DNA from: Lingula anatina | Taxonomy: Eukaryota > Animalia > Brachiopoda | Direction: 5' to 3' | DNA: 64,000 nt | NCBI GenBank assembly: GCA_051362555.1 | Contig: CM120645.1 | Location: 2,046,001-2,110,000, forward strand | Shown here: positions 46,687 through 59,753 of the stretch, one piece after another | Layout of the letters: every line of letters begins with the position of its first letter | How positions within the stretch are numbered: position 1 is the first letter of the stretch | Made by a program: the position numbers and the translations under genes | The notes under the pieces: model-generated | Databases searched by the model: none | Seen by the model: only the letters and a program-made list of their open reading frames with translations | What the model was told of the DNA's origin: nothing

Positions 46687-47546
46687 GGTGTAACATGAAA
46701 ATCTGACTCCCCATGAAAATTTGACTCCCCCACCATAAATGTTCATAAATCTTATTTTATTTGAGTATATGACTGTGATATTGTAGTATGTAAAATGGAG
46801 GATACTTTGGCACTTTTTTTTTTTAAGTTTGCAGGTGAATATTTTCATGAAAAAAATATGAAAATTAAAAATGTGCACTTAACCGCCCATTGTCTCCCCT
46901 TTGAAAAAGCTATTTATTTGATATTGGATGATCATTTCTACATCTTTCCTTTAAATTTACTTTATGAAGATTATATTGGAAATATTTGAAAGTTTGATGG
47001 TAAGCTATTGGGTGAAAAAACTAAAAAAAACATGAAAAATAGAAAATTAAAAATGTGCATTTTATCACCCAATAACTCCCCTATGAAAAAGCTATTTATT
47101 TGATATTTGATCATTCTGACATCTTTTCTATTAGGATACTTTATGAAAAATATATTGGAAATGTTTAAAAGTTTGATGATAAAATAGTGAGTGAAAGAAT
47201 GAAAAATAAATCATGAAAATCTTCATTTTTATACCCATGAGATTTGGATTCCCATAAAGAAAAGGACCTATTTTATATTCAGTCACCATACCATTGTTTT
47301 CTACATAGTTTGTACAGAGATGTACATTTTGTTATTATTTGAAAGTTTGGTGGTGAAAATTTTGGTGAATATTTTTAAAACAAGTATTCATCTTACTACC
47401 TGTAGGTTTTGCACTTCCATGTCAAAATGCTAAATTTTTAACTCAAGAAATTGGCCCCATCGCCTTTTTACTGAATTCTTCTTATATAGCATACCCAGTA
47501 TTTTACCATTCAAACTTTCAAATATTTCCAATATATTCTTCATAAA
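46687..47546. repeat. Internally repetitive element (~175-bp degenerate units, last copy inverted), cut off by the Kolobok-like insertion
   Basis: TATATTGGAAATATTTGAAAGTTTGATGG-like block at ~46972, ~47151, ~47335 and inverted at ~47507-47546; start GGTGTAACATGAAAATCTGACTCCCC. Confidence 0.55.
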
Positions 47547-50500
47547 AGGATGTCTTTCCGCTGTAGACGCTTAAATAGGCTTTTCTCTGAAACTTTGCCT
47601 GTTTGATCCTGAACCCCAAAGCATGTCTCACACGAAACCGTTGAGAAAATAAAGGTCGAGGTATAGGTTTTTAAGATCACTTAAAGAAAAAAAAAGCGCA
47701 GCATTTTTTTTTTCGTCTAAACTTCTCGCCATTACTCCCCTACGCATGGAATTCTGGGACTTGCCTCAATTTGCATATGACTGAATACTACTGTTTACTA
47801 CGCTCTGGAGAAGACCCGGATGTCACTGCAAACCAAGATGGAGGGTAGTCCGAGTACACGTGAGTTGAAAGAGAGAAGAATAACTCTACGGGACAATGAA
47901 AAAGGAAATAAAACGGGAATGCAGAAGCAGAGGATGTTATTTTCATTGGCAGGCCGGTGAGGTAGACAAAGCAGAAGTAGGAAATAAAACTGACAAGCGA
48001 GAAACTGACAAAATTCTGCCGGATACGGGTAGGTTATTTCGATCTCTTATCACGTCCGACTCTTTCATTGAGAACATATTCAGGAGGCGGATTTAGGGCG
48101 TCTTCTGGTTCTTCCGGAAGACTGTTAGATTTTCAAGTTTTCATTGGCGGGTATATGTAATATTTCTGTCGAAAGGCGGTCAAAAATGGAGGATGGATCA
48201 ACATTACTCGGAAGACTGTCAGAATAGACCTATATCTCTGGATCCGCCCCTGTTATCCCTGCTGTACGCAGAAAGGTTTATTATTCTTTAGAGCAGTCAG
48301 TACAAACAAGGATTGAGCTAAATAGTCTTCTATTAAAGACTGGTTTTTGTCGGCTTACTTAACGTCGTTATATACTCAAGTCCAAAAAAAAAAAAAAAAG
48401 AGAGAAAAAACAACCTTTCACTATTTACCTTATTCGAATTTAATTTAAATTAAAAGATTTAAAGCGAGCACATTAATTGCAGCATCTGATGGTAGTAAAT
48501 GTTTATTCTCTGTTTATGTTTTTAAAGTTGACTTCATGGGGAATCTCTGGAGAATGAGGATAATACACTGGTATATATATTTTTTTATCCAGGTAATATG
48601 CATGTGGTAACATCTACCCCTACATCAGGTTCAAGGCCAACATAGAGCCAGAGCCAAAGTAAGTACCTGACACCCAGAATCCAAACACACAATAGCTGTT
48701 TATTTTACCATGTTCAGTACACCTTGCCATCAATATCAATCTAATGCATGTAAGTACTTGGAACAATGCCATTTTATTATAAAGTTTAACACTGCCATGG
48801 CAGCTAGTCCTAGAATTGTGACAAGCACAGGAAATCAGTACTTATTGTGGGGAACATTATATAATAAATTGGATTTTGAAACAAATAATTTTGATAACCA
48901 TGCTCTATTCAGTGCTCTTATGTCTGGCGTAGACATTACAGATAGTGGGTGCTATTAATTTCACAAAAAAATGCATTGAAGTCTTTCCAATAGTCAGTGT
49001 TTTGTTTTTAGGTATACTAAGCAGCAAAGCAAGCACTCAAAATCATGGATGACAGTAAGACCTCAAGCTGTTACATAAACAATTAGCTCAAATAAAGGTA
49101 CATTCCAGTCTTACAAACCAGGAATTTGACATGGGAATTACAAGTACACATTTCTAAGCAGCCATGGTGCAGATGGAACCAAGAGACTCAAGGCACCGTG
49201 GTCCTTATATGTATATAAGAATTTTTTTATCAAAATGATGATTACCTCACATAAACTTTTCTTTTATAAATCCATCCAGACATACATTATTTCCTTGTAT
49301 GACATTTTAAAATGATTGATTTTATGAACAGATTGTGTACAGAGTTGCATTTTACTTTTGATATGAGAAAGGGATAAATGAAAGCACCTTGTTTTTCTAT
49401 GCCTTTATTTTTTATGTTCACTGAATGGTTGCACAAATTACAGTAGAATGAAAAGAATCCTTCTACTCAGTGACTTGCATATTACAGGTCTTATGAATGT
49501 TTGGTCAGTAAACTGATACTCATGGTAATAGTTATTCTGTGATTTTCTTCAAAGTGAAGTAATCCAGCAAATTCAACGGCAGTCAAAATGTAGGGGACAT
49601 TACAGTGAGTGGGAGATGGGCCAGTCCCATCTCCACTGATGCTGAGTCATTGCTTGGTAAATTCTCTAGCAAAAGCATCTTTATATCCAGTGCAAGGCCA
49701 GGATTTCCATCACACTTGTCACAATGTATTCAGCACTTTCCTTGGCAACACCATCATTTTCTTGGCAACACCATCATGTATGCTCTGATAATGAAAAAAT
49801 ATATATTCACTTTTATATCTGTCATTTCTGCTTTGATATGTACAATAGCTTACTTCAAAAATAAAATATTTGAAAATGTATGAACACTAAAACAACCATA
49901 AGGACTGCATTTCACACCACCAAATTTTATCGAATAAATTTACTTTGAAAATAAGAAGGAATATGAATGGTGTTTGTGTATTGTGAGAAACTTAGAATTT
50001 ATCTTTTCAATAAAGATTTAATGAGTTTTATACCTCTTCTGTGAGTTACTGAATTCTCCTTTCATGTTCTTGAGTCAATCCTCCTGATCTCACACCTCTT
50101 CCAAGCCTTGTACTACTGGACCTAGAAGTGCTATGTATCACTGCCAACTCTACTAAACCTTTATACAGGGCTTTTTTTCTGATGAGGCTGACATCACAAG
50201 ATAGTATGCTGTAAAATAATAATAAAACTAATAATAATAATAATTGGCACTGATTTAATTGCATGCTAATAATAATGCTAATAATAATATTGTGAACTGT
50301 TCAAAATGGGTTTCACTTCAATTAATCATTGTCCTGCACTCAAGCGTATCAATTGTTATCCCTAAACTATAAGTTTTTTGTATGTGTGGATTATTACATG
50401 TGAATATAGGTGAGGGTAAGGTGGGTCCTACTATCAAAACTAAGGAATATGCCAGATTAAGTAAAAGGCCTGTATTATTTAAAAATAACAGAAAACTCTT

Positions 50501-51389
50501 TACCTCAGGGAGCTCTTTACCCTCTAGTTCTGGACTGCTCTGACTACTTGCCTCATCAACAATAGGCCTACTCTCGATCTGAAAAGTATAAAAACAGATC
50601 GACTAGAAAAGCAAGATAAGATACGTGTGTGCGTAGCACAAAATTCAGGCACTCCTATTGACGATTTTGACATCTGCACGATGCTCACCACTACTGCCAG
50701 TAAGTATCAAAATCGTCTGGAACGCATTTGTAGTCCGTGCTACGCTGTGCGTGCAAATCGCGATGTCAAAATTGCGGCTCAGAAAGCATAGCAAACAACA
50801 AAAAAAGTAACAGTCGTTCATAAATATCCAACCGAAAAGGGCTGGTTCAGTTGACCCGAAAAATATCACTGTCTCTAATCATGTCACCGGTATATTTCCT
50901 GATACAAGTCACTCATTCGGTGAATCGGCATTGAGAATTACGGCATCAAGCACTGTTGACATAATAGGCTACACTCCGTCGTAAATATTTCCAAGCCATT
51001 CGTTGATTTTTGGACTATTTTAACCGACGAGAAGTTAAATGAATTCTTTAAATGTTTAAGTGCACAAACCTGTTCACGAACAATGAAGGGAGAGAGTTTT
51101 AACTAACGTGCATCAAACGACTTACTTCGAACTCCACCGCGCCATATTTGTTTCTCTTAGTGTACGAGTGCTATTTTAGGCAACGCACTCTGATTGGCTA
51201 AAACCTTGCGGTAGTCGTCTTCTCTTTTTTGGGGAGAGGACGTTCTCCAATACAGACTCGAATGAGAAATAATTAATTATTTTGATTGCCGTCTACCTCA
51301 AAGGCGAATTTTGGTTTAGATCGTGACCTTCATATATAAGAAAAAGTTTGGGATATGTTTTATTTTCCCTCATATCGGAAAGACCCCCT
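47547..51389. mobile_element. Kolobok-like non-autonomous DNA transposon (~3.8 kb)
   Basis: Termini AGGATGTCTTTCCG ... CGGAAAGACCCCCT (12/14 inverted); flanks TAAA / TTAA, consistent with AGG...CCT ends and a TTAA target; no transposase ORF. Confidence 0.6.
48081..48252 (-). mobile_element. MITE nested in the Kolobok-like element; same family as 2481-2640
   Basis: CAGGAGGCGGAT ... GGATCCGCCCCTG termini; reverse complement aligns to 2481-2640. Confidence 0.7.
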
Positions 51390-52194
51390 TTAAAGATTCA
51401 ATATAAGCTTATCATTGCCATGCATTTCTAACTACACAGGTGATATTTATTTATCTCCCAAAGTACTTATTATCTGTACACTGCCCATTTTCTTATTTTG
51501 CCTGAGTGTTGACTGGCTATGCAACCCCCTGACAAGAGTCACCAAGTTGGCTGGCATGATGTACCAAGCTACAACCGTGTCCCCTGGGTCGGTCCTGTCT
51601 TAATACTCGACGTAAACATCTCTCACACATTACTCCCTGATAATTAAACTCAAAATACACCTCACATGCATGCTCCTATAATCCATATCCATCTCCATGG
51701 AATATATCCACTGACCACTTTAGGTCCCAAACATTTGTCTCCTACCTCTAAGGAGAACACAACACCGTCTTTCTCCAGCCAAACATCTCCAACTCCAGGA
51801 GATTATTTACTGACAATTACCTGTCAATTATTTCTCTCAAATACGCACCGTCCTTTCTTGTCCGTAGTGAAGCCAAAAAGTTAACAAGCCACCGATCCCA
51901 CCATGTCAAAGAACCCACAGATTGTCTGAAACGAATGAGCACCCTTCGCCCAGACCAACCGAAACTGCCCTGGCCAAAGCTGGCACGGTTGCCTGAAAAT
52001 CCCTTAACCCACGGAAAAGGTTGAGACTTTTCGTTATCCATTATGGTCACTAGAACTCTGCTTTGAAGATAATTATGCCTCCACATATACAACTCAGAAT
52101 AATACTCAGAAAAATATTTTAAACCGCAGGGTAATTCAACTTCTCCACCCCTGTGAGAAGGAAAACCTAAGAGATTATTTACACCCACTCTTCT

Positions 52195-52570
52195 CAGACT
52201 GAAACTAACCTTCGTCCACACACGACCTCTCTCCAATGCAGAGACAATTAATTCGTCTGATCAATCATGTTCTTATGGTTATGACTTTAGCGACCCCAAA
52301 AACTCAGAATGAATTCTACATCAACAAGAAACCATGACTGGAAAAAAATATTAATTTCTGCTCTTTTACTGATACACACAGCACCACACACACAAAAACG
52401 TCAGTCTGAAACTAACACTTCATCCACACAAGACTTCTCCCTAATGCAGTGCCAATTCCTTCGTCAGATCCATCATGTTCTTATGGTTATGACTTAAAAG
52501 ATCCCAATATCTCAGAATGACTTCTACAACAACAAGAAACCCCGACTGAAGAAAAAGATAAGTTTCTGCC
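52195..52570. repeat. Tandem duplication of ~208 bp, two diverged copies
   Basis: Shared blocks CTGAAACTAAC, ATCATGTTCTTATGGTTATGACTT and CTCAGAATGA..TCTACA..AACAAGAAACC at ~208-bp spacing. Confidence 0.8.
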
Positions 52571-54020
52571 CACCATTACTACCACACAACAAAAAACACA
52601 TCCCCATCCTGGCACCGTGTTCATTAATTGAATATATCTTATATATATCAGACAAAATTATAATCGTAATAATATTAAATAACTACATATTTCTACAGAT
52701 AAATACATTTTTTAACCTGTTTCGCTTTTTTTTTATACATATATCACTTTCTTATATGTGCATATAAAATTTATAGTATGCCATTTTCCTTCTATAACTG
52801 CAACAACTTCAATAACACTTTTCCACTTACCTTGGAACGATACAGTGTTATTTACCTTTCCTCCAGTTTTCATCTTGTTTTCCTTTCCTACCTGTTCCTG
52901 CGTTTTCTTCAAAATTCGCCGCGAAACTGTTGAATGCTGTTACAACCTGGAATCCTTACATTTCTGTCCATGCTGATAATTTTAAGACCAAGGCGAGCTA
53001 CGCCACTTGTGGGGAACCCCTTTAAACCATCCCGGGCCTCCACATTACATAAAATACCCTTTTAATATTAAAACCCCAGGGGTTGGGTTCAATGGGCTCA
53101 CATCTTTGGATAACGCTATCTGTAATACTGCTACGGAGATTCCCAGGTTCCTTGTCTTAAATTCTGCACACGGAAAAGAATGAAACGACTCCATGTTGTA
53201 ACTTCAGCAGAATATACATTTGTATTTTGCTACACTAAAAGTTACATGATGCAAGTATCACCTCTCTCCTCCACTCTCTAGCTATCTTTCCTCTAGATTT
53301 AAGTTTACAGTTTTTTATACAAAACTTTATCAGTTAAACTGTCCATCACATAACTTAAAAACTGATTGGTTACTTCATACACAAGGCCACCTCTTCCTGG
53401 TGGGCACTCCTAATAACACCCTGTAATTAGGTTCTAACACATTACTCGCTTGAGAACAAAGGACATTAAAATTTGAACTGCAAGGTGTGAAGCATTATCT
53501 GAACAACTTGTACAACTTGGCTTCCTATGTCTGAATTTTATCAAACAATGGCTTCCTCTGATTGAGTTAATACAACATTATGTATGAAAGTTTTAAAATT
53601 ACTAATTACACTTTTTTCCATACTTTGGTTCCTGGCATGGTGCAAATCAAGCTCTATAAGGCAACACCACGTGTTACTTACCCACCTGTAAATGATTTAT
53701 TATAATTTTGCTCTAACTGCAATGTGAATATCAACCGCACGTGGAGTTTAAGGAAGAACAATACGACTCCTAAAATGAAAAGGGAATGGTTCCAAATGTG
53801 TGTGCAATACACTATATTTACAAGGCTTAATCCTATTCAGGATATCCGTTAAGACTTGTATTATGAGTAAGAGGTTCCACGTGATGATTTTTATGTGATC
53901 ATGTTACTAGGAGTAGAGTGACGGTCCATGTGATTTGTATAGAAAAAAGTCAATTCACTGGGATCCACCGTAGACTTGTACGGCTCCAAATCTCGACACA
54001 GGGACTAGTTTTTGTTTTAC

Positions 54021-54226
54021 CTCAAAGTACTAGTACCGCGGACTGAGAACGTTGCATCTGTCTTGCCAGTATTGAACACAATTTTTGTAATACTACCCCT
54101 GTTGGTGTCTGGTCCCACTGTGAACGCCCTCTGCCAGTGAAACAGCTCCTCTAGACCGCTGTAGGTCTTGTTCAGAGTAGGTTCCCTCAAAGGTAGTGCC
54201 CTGAACTGAATGATATCTGCACTGTT
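54021..54226 (-). other. Candidate exon of an unidentified minus-strand gene or pseudogene
   Basis: Acceptor TTCTAATTCAG, donor AG|GTAAAA, GC-richer than its flanks, open frame NSADIIQFRALPLREPTLNKTYSGLEELFHWQRAFTVGPD...; no family recognised. Confidence 0.35.
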
Positions 54227-55199
54227 CTGAATTAGAATAGAATAGAATAGAATAGAATAGAATATGGAAGTTGTGGTAATAATATTAAATAAGATGTCCT
54301 CTTGCAAAATTCTGAATGCAATGTTTGACGTTCTAACATTTATCTTCAATACTAAATCAAGGACAGAAATGTGAGCAACCGATTTTGCAATTTCATTCAT
54401 GTACCTGTGAATTGAAATTATTGCAATTATTACATCATTGGTAACATAGCATTTGTGCTAATGAAAAGGAACATAGTCAGTGAACACTGAATGTTCTTCT
54501 TCTATCCAAAATACGTTCATAAAAACAGTGATTTTAAAATCATCATATTATTTAGTGAGACAATTAAACAATGTTTTGAAGCATTAATTCTGTTTTATCT
54601 TATCAATACGATTAACAATATGCATTGTTATGAAGGACTTTGTTTTATCTTATCAATGTTATTATCAATGTGTTCGATACAATGATTTTCGAGTCTTGGC
54701 AAGTTCAACTTCGTGTCGTCGTCCATACTAACAATGATTTTGTTTGTGGTATTACCAGGGGTTGAATTATTGATTCCAGAATTTTATAAGTATCGTCAAT
54801 ATAATTTTCAGTGGTCCCCTGACGACACACTTATGTCAGTCATTTGAGAATAAAAAGTGATAAATCTATCTTACGCGTAAAAATAAATAAAGAAATAACC
54901 CACAAAAATTTTAATAGATCTACTGTGCACTGATCATGCTATATACCAACAAATCACATGAGAACTGGCCACGTTCACAACGCATTGACCGGTCACAGGT
55001 GCCTTCTATTTGTTGGACCGTTAGAGTAATGATCAACTTCCCTCTAGCGAACGCAAGTGTCTTGCTAAATAATAGATCACTTGTCCGATATAAATGTCTT
55101 AAACTTGACATATTTTAAAAAATAAAATCTCACTTTCTGCGCTCTTCTCTTTATATCACACATAAAAAAAAAACAAAACAAACATACCCCACAGTTTAA

Positions 55200-56056
55200 A
55201 CCCTAAGGCTGCTAAGGTTAGACAGACGCCAGCATACAGGCGCAGATATTATACGGTGCAAACCTTTCGTCATACATGTAACGCTGTAATACGCATAAAA
55301 ATCTATATTTTAATTGGTGATTTAATGAACAACGTGGGAATTAAATAGATAACACCCGGCTTCAGTCCGTTCAATCTGATTCATAGTCAATGCGTCATCC
55401 GTATATAAAGCAATATTTATTCAGATAAGAGCCTGTGTTTGAGGTCGGCACCCATGTGATCATTCACCATAATATAAGGAGCTTCTGTGCGCAGTCTCAT
55501 CATTTGAAGGTGAAGTCGAGATGCTGTACACATACAGAACATTGCTTGAAGTCATCGAACTTTGATGATTGAAAAGTTTGAAAAAGAACAGATCAAAGTG
55601 AACATAACTTGTTGCAAAGGTAATGGTAGCGACTATTTTGCGATAAAAGCAATGTTTTTTTTTTTTTTTTAGAAATAAGGAGCTCCAGTACCAGATGACC
55701 ACGTGACACGAAAAATATTTTTAGGACTCGTTATGTCAACATCACCTGACAACATTTGAGGGACGTCATTTGTTTCTCCATTAAAATAATATCTTATCGC
55801 AGCTTAATGAATGTCACTTTCGAAGACTTAAAACGAAAAATGTCTTCATGATGGAAAAATCTGACAAAAAGTCTTTGTGCAAAAGCTCTCTGGGCATGGA
55901 ATACCAATGATGTATTATATCTGCTGAGTGTAGAAGACTTCCTTAATGACATTTTTGAAGAAATACCAGTAACAGACGGCAGATAGATTGATGTTTTAGA
56001 GGTACAGTTTGAGGCTTACTAAGTGCAAACTCTCTCTCTCTCTCTCTTTCTCTCTC

Positions 56057-56110
<54 letters not shown>

Positions 56111-57300
56111 TAGGTGCTTCCTCCCTCGTCCCCTTCTCTCGCCTTTTTTGATATTTTATAGAAATAGCATGAGTCTGTCCCCTAACTTCTGTCCCCAAAA
56201 CCCACTCTCTTTTTCAACACACATTACATTTCGCTAGTACCTTAATTGGCATGTATTTCAATATACACTGCATATAAAAGGGTTCAAAGAAAAAAGGACG
56301 GGGTTCTTTTCAAGATGGAGAAAAGTGGACACACTACACACATATGCATATGTCTCTTTAAATGAAACGATGTTTTGTGTTATATCCCTAAAATCTATTT
56401 GATATCAAGTGCTTAGGGTGGTATATTTTTTTCTTATCTTTTGTATGTTTAGTTTGAAGACAAATTAAGAAAAAAAAAATAACACTTACAGCCGACACGT
56501 AGCTTACACCTACATATGAATTACATTTTATTACTGATATACATGTATTACATGCCCTTGTTAGTACAGCCTTGATATGCGTTCTGATTATTGACAACAT
56601 CACCTGATTCTGCTGCGTGACAATATTGAAGTAATAGATTACTTATTAAACTATGTGCCACTGTGTACAACAGCGTTGATACCAGAAGTTGAGTGTGGCA
56701 GTCAGCGAGTTGGGGGGGGGGGGGGGGGGGGGCGTTTTACCCACTTAGCTCGTTAAAATCAGCCAGATCCTGTGGTACATGTATATGGGATTTCAACCAA
56801 ACCAAAAATAAATGATAAAAAGTGTTCTGTTAGGGCATTTTAGCTTTCTGTCATATACCTCAATTCTCCCTTACTCCTCTTAGAATGTTGACCTTTAAGC
56901 CTACACTGCTGAATCAAACAGTCTGCAGTCCAGGGGCGTATCTATAATCATGAGTAAATTATTACATGTAAAACCGTGTTTGTTATTTAATATAGTATAT
57001 CATGCACACTATAATGAAATGTGTTTTATATTACAAACAATGGATTTAAAACACGTTTATCAATCGTGCACGTTCAAAGATAATCTCAGTGAGGTCAGCA
57101 GACAAATCAACGTGATATCAAAATTAATACCTGGATCAAAGCGTTATCCTGAAGCGTTCATGAGATGCCACTGTATAGGCAAAGTATTATCCTGGGTAAA
57201 TACGATACGATGACCGATGTTAGTCACCAAAAATACATCTCTTTACACATAGTATGGTCAGGTGCACCAACTGAACAACATTTCCTCATTCACTTTCTTC
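55200..57300 (+). repeat. Segmental duplicate unit A; 5' part homologous to the NLR upstream region 27900-28500
   Basis: Shared blocks ATGTCAAC(AAC)ATCACCTGAC, GACTTAA, TATCTGC.GAGT, TTT.AGAGGTACAGT.TGAGGCTTA; 3' part homologous to 59540-61870. Confidence 0.7.
56030..56107. repeat. (CT)n(TA)n compound microsatellite
   Basis: Direct reading. Confidence 0.95.
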
Positions 57301-57850
57301 TGTTTACCACACCCGGTACAAGCAAACCATGTGCGACATTTAACAACTAAATTCACATTTTCTACTTTTGTTTTCCATTATAAGCCTAAACTTTAATAGA
57401 AAACGGTTATCATTTAATTGTCTTGATTTTGTTTGTTTGCTTGTTTGTTTTGATATGTATGACAGACATCCGTTTGTCCGCATGTAATTATCAAGGTTAA
57501 TAATTGTTTCGCTATTGTCTTCCCCTCCAGCTTGATTCAATGTAAAATTTTCCATATCATTATATCAATAAAGCGGACACCGCACTACTGTTATCAATGC
57601 AATTGTGCACAGCTGTACTTAGTTTTATAAGTTACCTATTACCGATACTTCACAACTGTCAGTCAGCAAAATCAGGTGATGTTTTCGATATTCAGGACCT
57701 AAGTCCGCATGTAAATAGCAAGGTTAAAAACTGTTTCGCTACTGTCATTCAACGTCCTCTTGTGAAACAGTCCTATTCAGCTTGATCCACTATAAAGTTT
57801 ACCATGTCATTAAATCAGTTACAACAGAATAACACTATTTTTTGTTTTAT

Positions 57851-57921
57851 AAATGATATTAAGTTCTAACCCTAAAATGATATTAAGTTTTAACCCTAAA
57901 ATGATATTAAGTTCTAACCCT
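57851..57921. repeat. Short tandem repeat, 3 x 24 bp
   Basis: AAATGATATTAAGTT(C/T)TAACCCT(A) three times. Confidence 0.9.
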
Positions 57922-58439
57922 TAGCCTAATTTTGCTGCCTCGATCAGTTGACAATTTCGAAGAACTTGAGATAACCTACATTAAACAAGTACAACCTAGA
58001 CTTTAGATCCGTCCTGGTTATTGACGACATCACCTGATTTTGCTGTGTCCATCGGTGACAATTTTGAAGTCATACATAACTTATTAAACTCTAGTGTGCG
58101 AAACTGCCTTTATAGTACCAGTAGCTGGTGGAGTGTGTCAGCCCCGGCGAGATGGGGGGGGGGGGGGGGGGGGGGGCGCTGAGCCTTCCTCTGGTTGTAA
58201 AATCATTTAGGTCCCTTGTTACGAAAATTCGGTATTTCATTCAATTAAAAGATAAATGATAAAGTACTGTATATTCTGTGGGCAGCGCTTCAGCTAGCTG
58301 CCATACGCCCCCTATCTTCCTTTTGAATATACAACATTGGTCAAAAAATTTGTCCCACCCCCATTTCCATGTACTTTTATTTACAAATGATCACCTCACA
58401 GCTGTGAACTGTTAGAAATAGTGCTTTTTATTACGGATA

Positions 58440-59290
58440 CAGTGGCTGACATGATTAGTGGTTTTAAAAATACAAAATAGTGGTGAAAATATACACATTT
58501 TATACTATTTAGTAAAATTTATAAGAGGTACCCCCTCAAATCGACTGTTTCACTGTGACTTCGACAGATATAAAGAAATGTCTATAAAATTGAAAAGACG
58601 CCATCAAATGTCACCAAATTCACACACAATTAGTATTAGGATGTGCTCGTTAAAGATCACGTGCCTAACAGCGTGTGCGTCTACCGCGTACTGCAATTAT
58701 CTCCGGTAGACGGCGCGACAAGCCTTCAACACGGGTAACAATTCTGTTACGTGGGATATTGTCCCATCCATCCTAAAGAGCGTGGCGGAATTGGTCAAGA
58801 TTATTTGGGAATTGGTTCTCCTCTGTAATGCACATTACAATTAATACCACTGGTGCTCAGTAGGATTAGTATCAGGTCTCAAAGACGGTTGTCCCGTCCT
58901 CAGAGCTCTGTGTTTCTGCAACAATTCGCTTGCCAGACGAGAGCTGTGAGCAAGTGCGTTGTCACAATGAAGCCAGTAGCATCCCTGAAGTCACCTCTTG
59001 CAAATGGAGTGAGATTTCTGTTGATAATGTTACATTAAAATGCCCCTGTTACGTTTTGTTCCGAAAGGAACAATGTACTAATACCATGGGCTTGGAATGT
59101 TCTCCAAATGTGGACTGATCTAACACCTCAAGCGATATTATCCTTCACACACCCTTTCAAGAGGCATTTTTAACATGTCTACGGACCTTCATTTGACCAT
59201 CGATGGGATACAAGAAATAATTTGATTCTGCATCAAAACCGACTTCCTTCCAGTGATTGATGGCCAGGTTCAGGTGCCTGTGGGATCACT
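58440..59290 (-). mobile_element. Degenerate Tc1/mariner transposon (pseudogenised DDE transposase)
   Basis: TA|CAGTGG terminus at 58438-58445; minus-strand pieces HWKEVGFDAESKLFL..DGQMKVRR, RSVHIWRTF, CDNALAHSSR..PSLRPDTNPTEHQW, WDNIPRNRIVTRVEGLSRRLPEIIAVRG follow the Tc1 motif order with stops and frameshifts. Confidence 0.8.
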
Positions 59291-59470
59291 GAACGTAGCA
59301 TTCTCAGCTGATATCTCATTCCATCTTCAAGAACTGACTTTGGGGTTAACTCCAGGTTTCATCATGACTGCACACTTGCTCATACCTTTCGCCAGGAAAG
59401 TGTTTTTTGAAGAAACGCAATGCTCTTAGGATGGAACCACCATCTTTGAGCCCTAATATTAAACTTGTGA
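59291..59470 (+). mobile_element. Second Tc1-like transposase fragment in the opposite orientation
   Basis: + strand DFGVNSRFHHDCTLAHTFRQESVFLKKRNALRMEPPSLSPNIK parallels the QDNAPAH...WPS.SPDLN region; inverted homolog of ~58870-59040. Confidence 0.65.
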
Positions 59471-59539
59471 CATGAATTAGAGTGTGACATGAATTAGAGT
59501 GTGCAATGCAAAGGAGAACCAACCCCGACTTCATCGTGG

Positions 59540-59710
59540 AAAAAATCTAACAAAATTTTTTTGTGCAAGAGCTCACTGCGCTTGGAAAACCAATGATGTA
59601 TTTTTATTTGCTGAGTGTGGAAGACTTCTCTAATGAACTTTTTTGAAGAAATATTCGTAAAAGACCGCAGAAAGATTGAATCTTAGAGGTACAGTATGGG
59701 GCTTACTATT

Positions 59711-59753
<43 letters not shown>

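Noticed and set aside
52992-53010. GGCG-AGCTA-CGCC hairpin plus CTTGT as a Helitron 3' end
   Set aside because: The stem is only 4 bp and no 5' end was identified.
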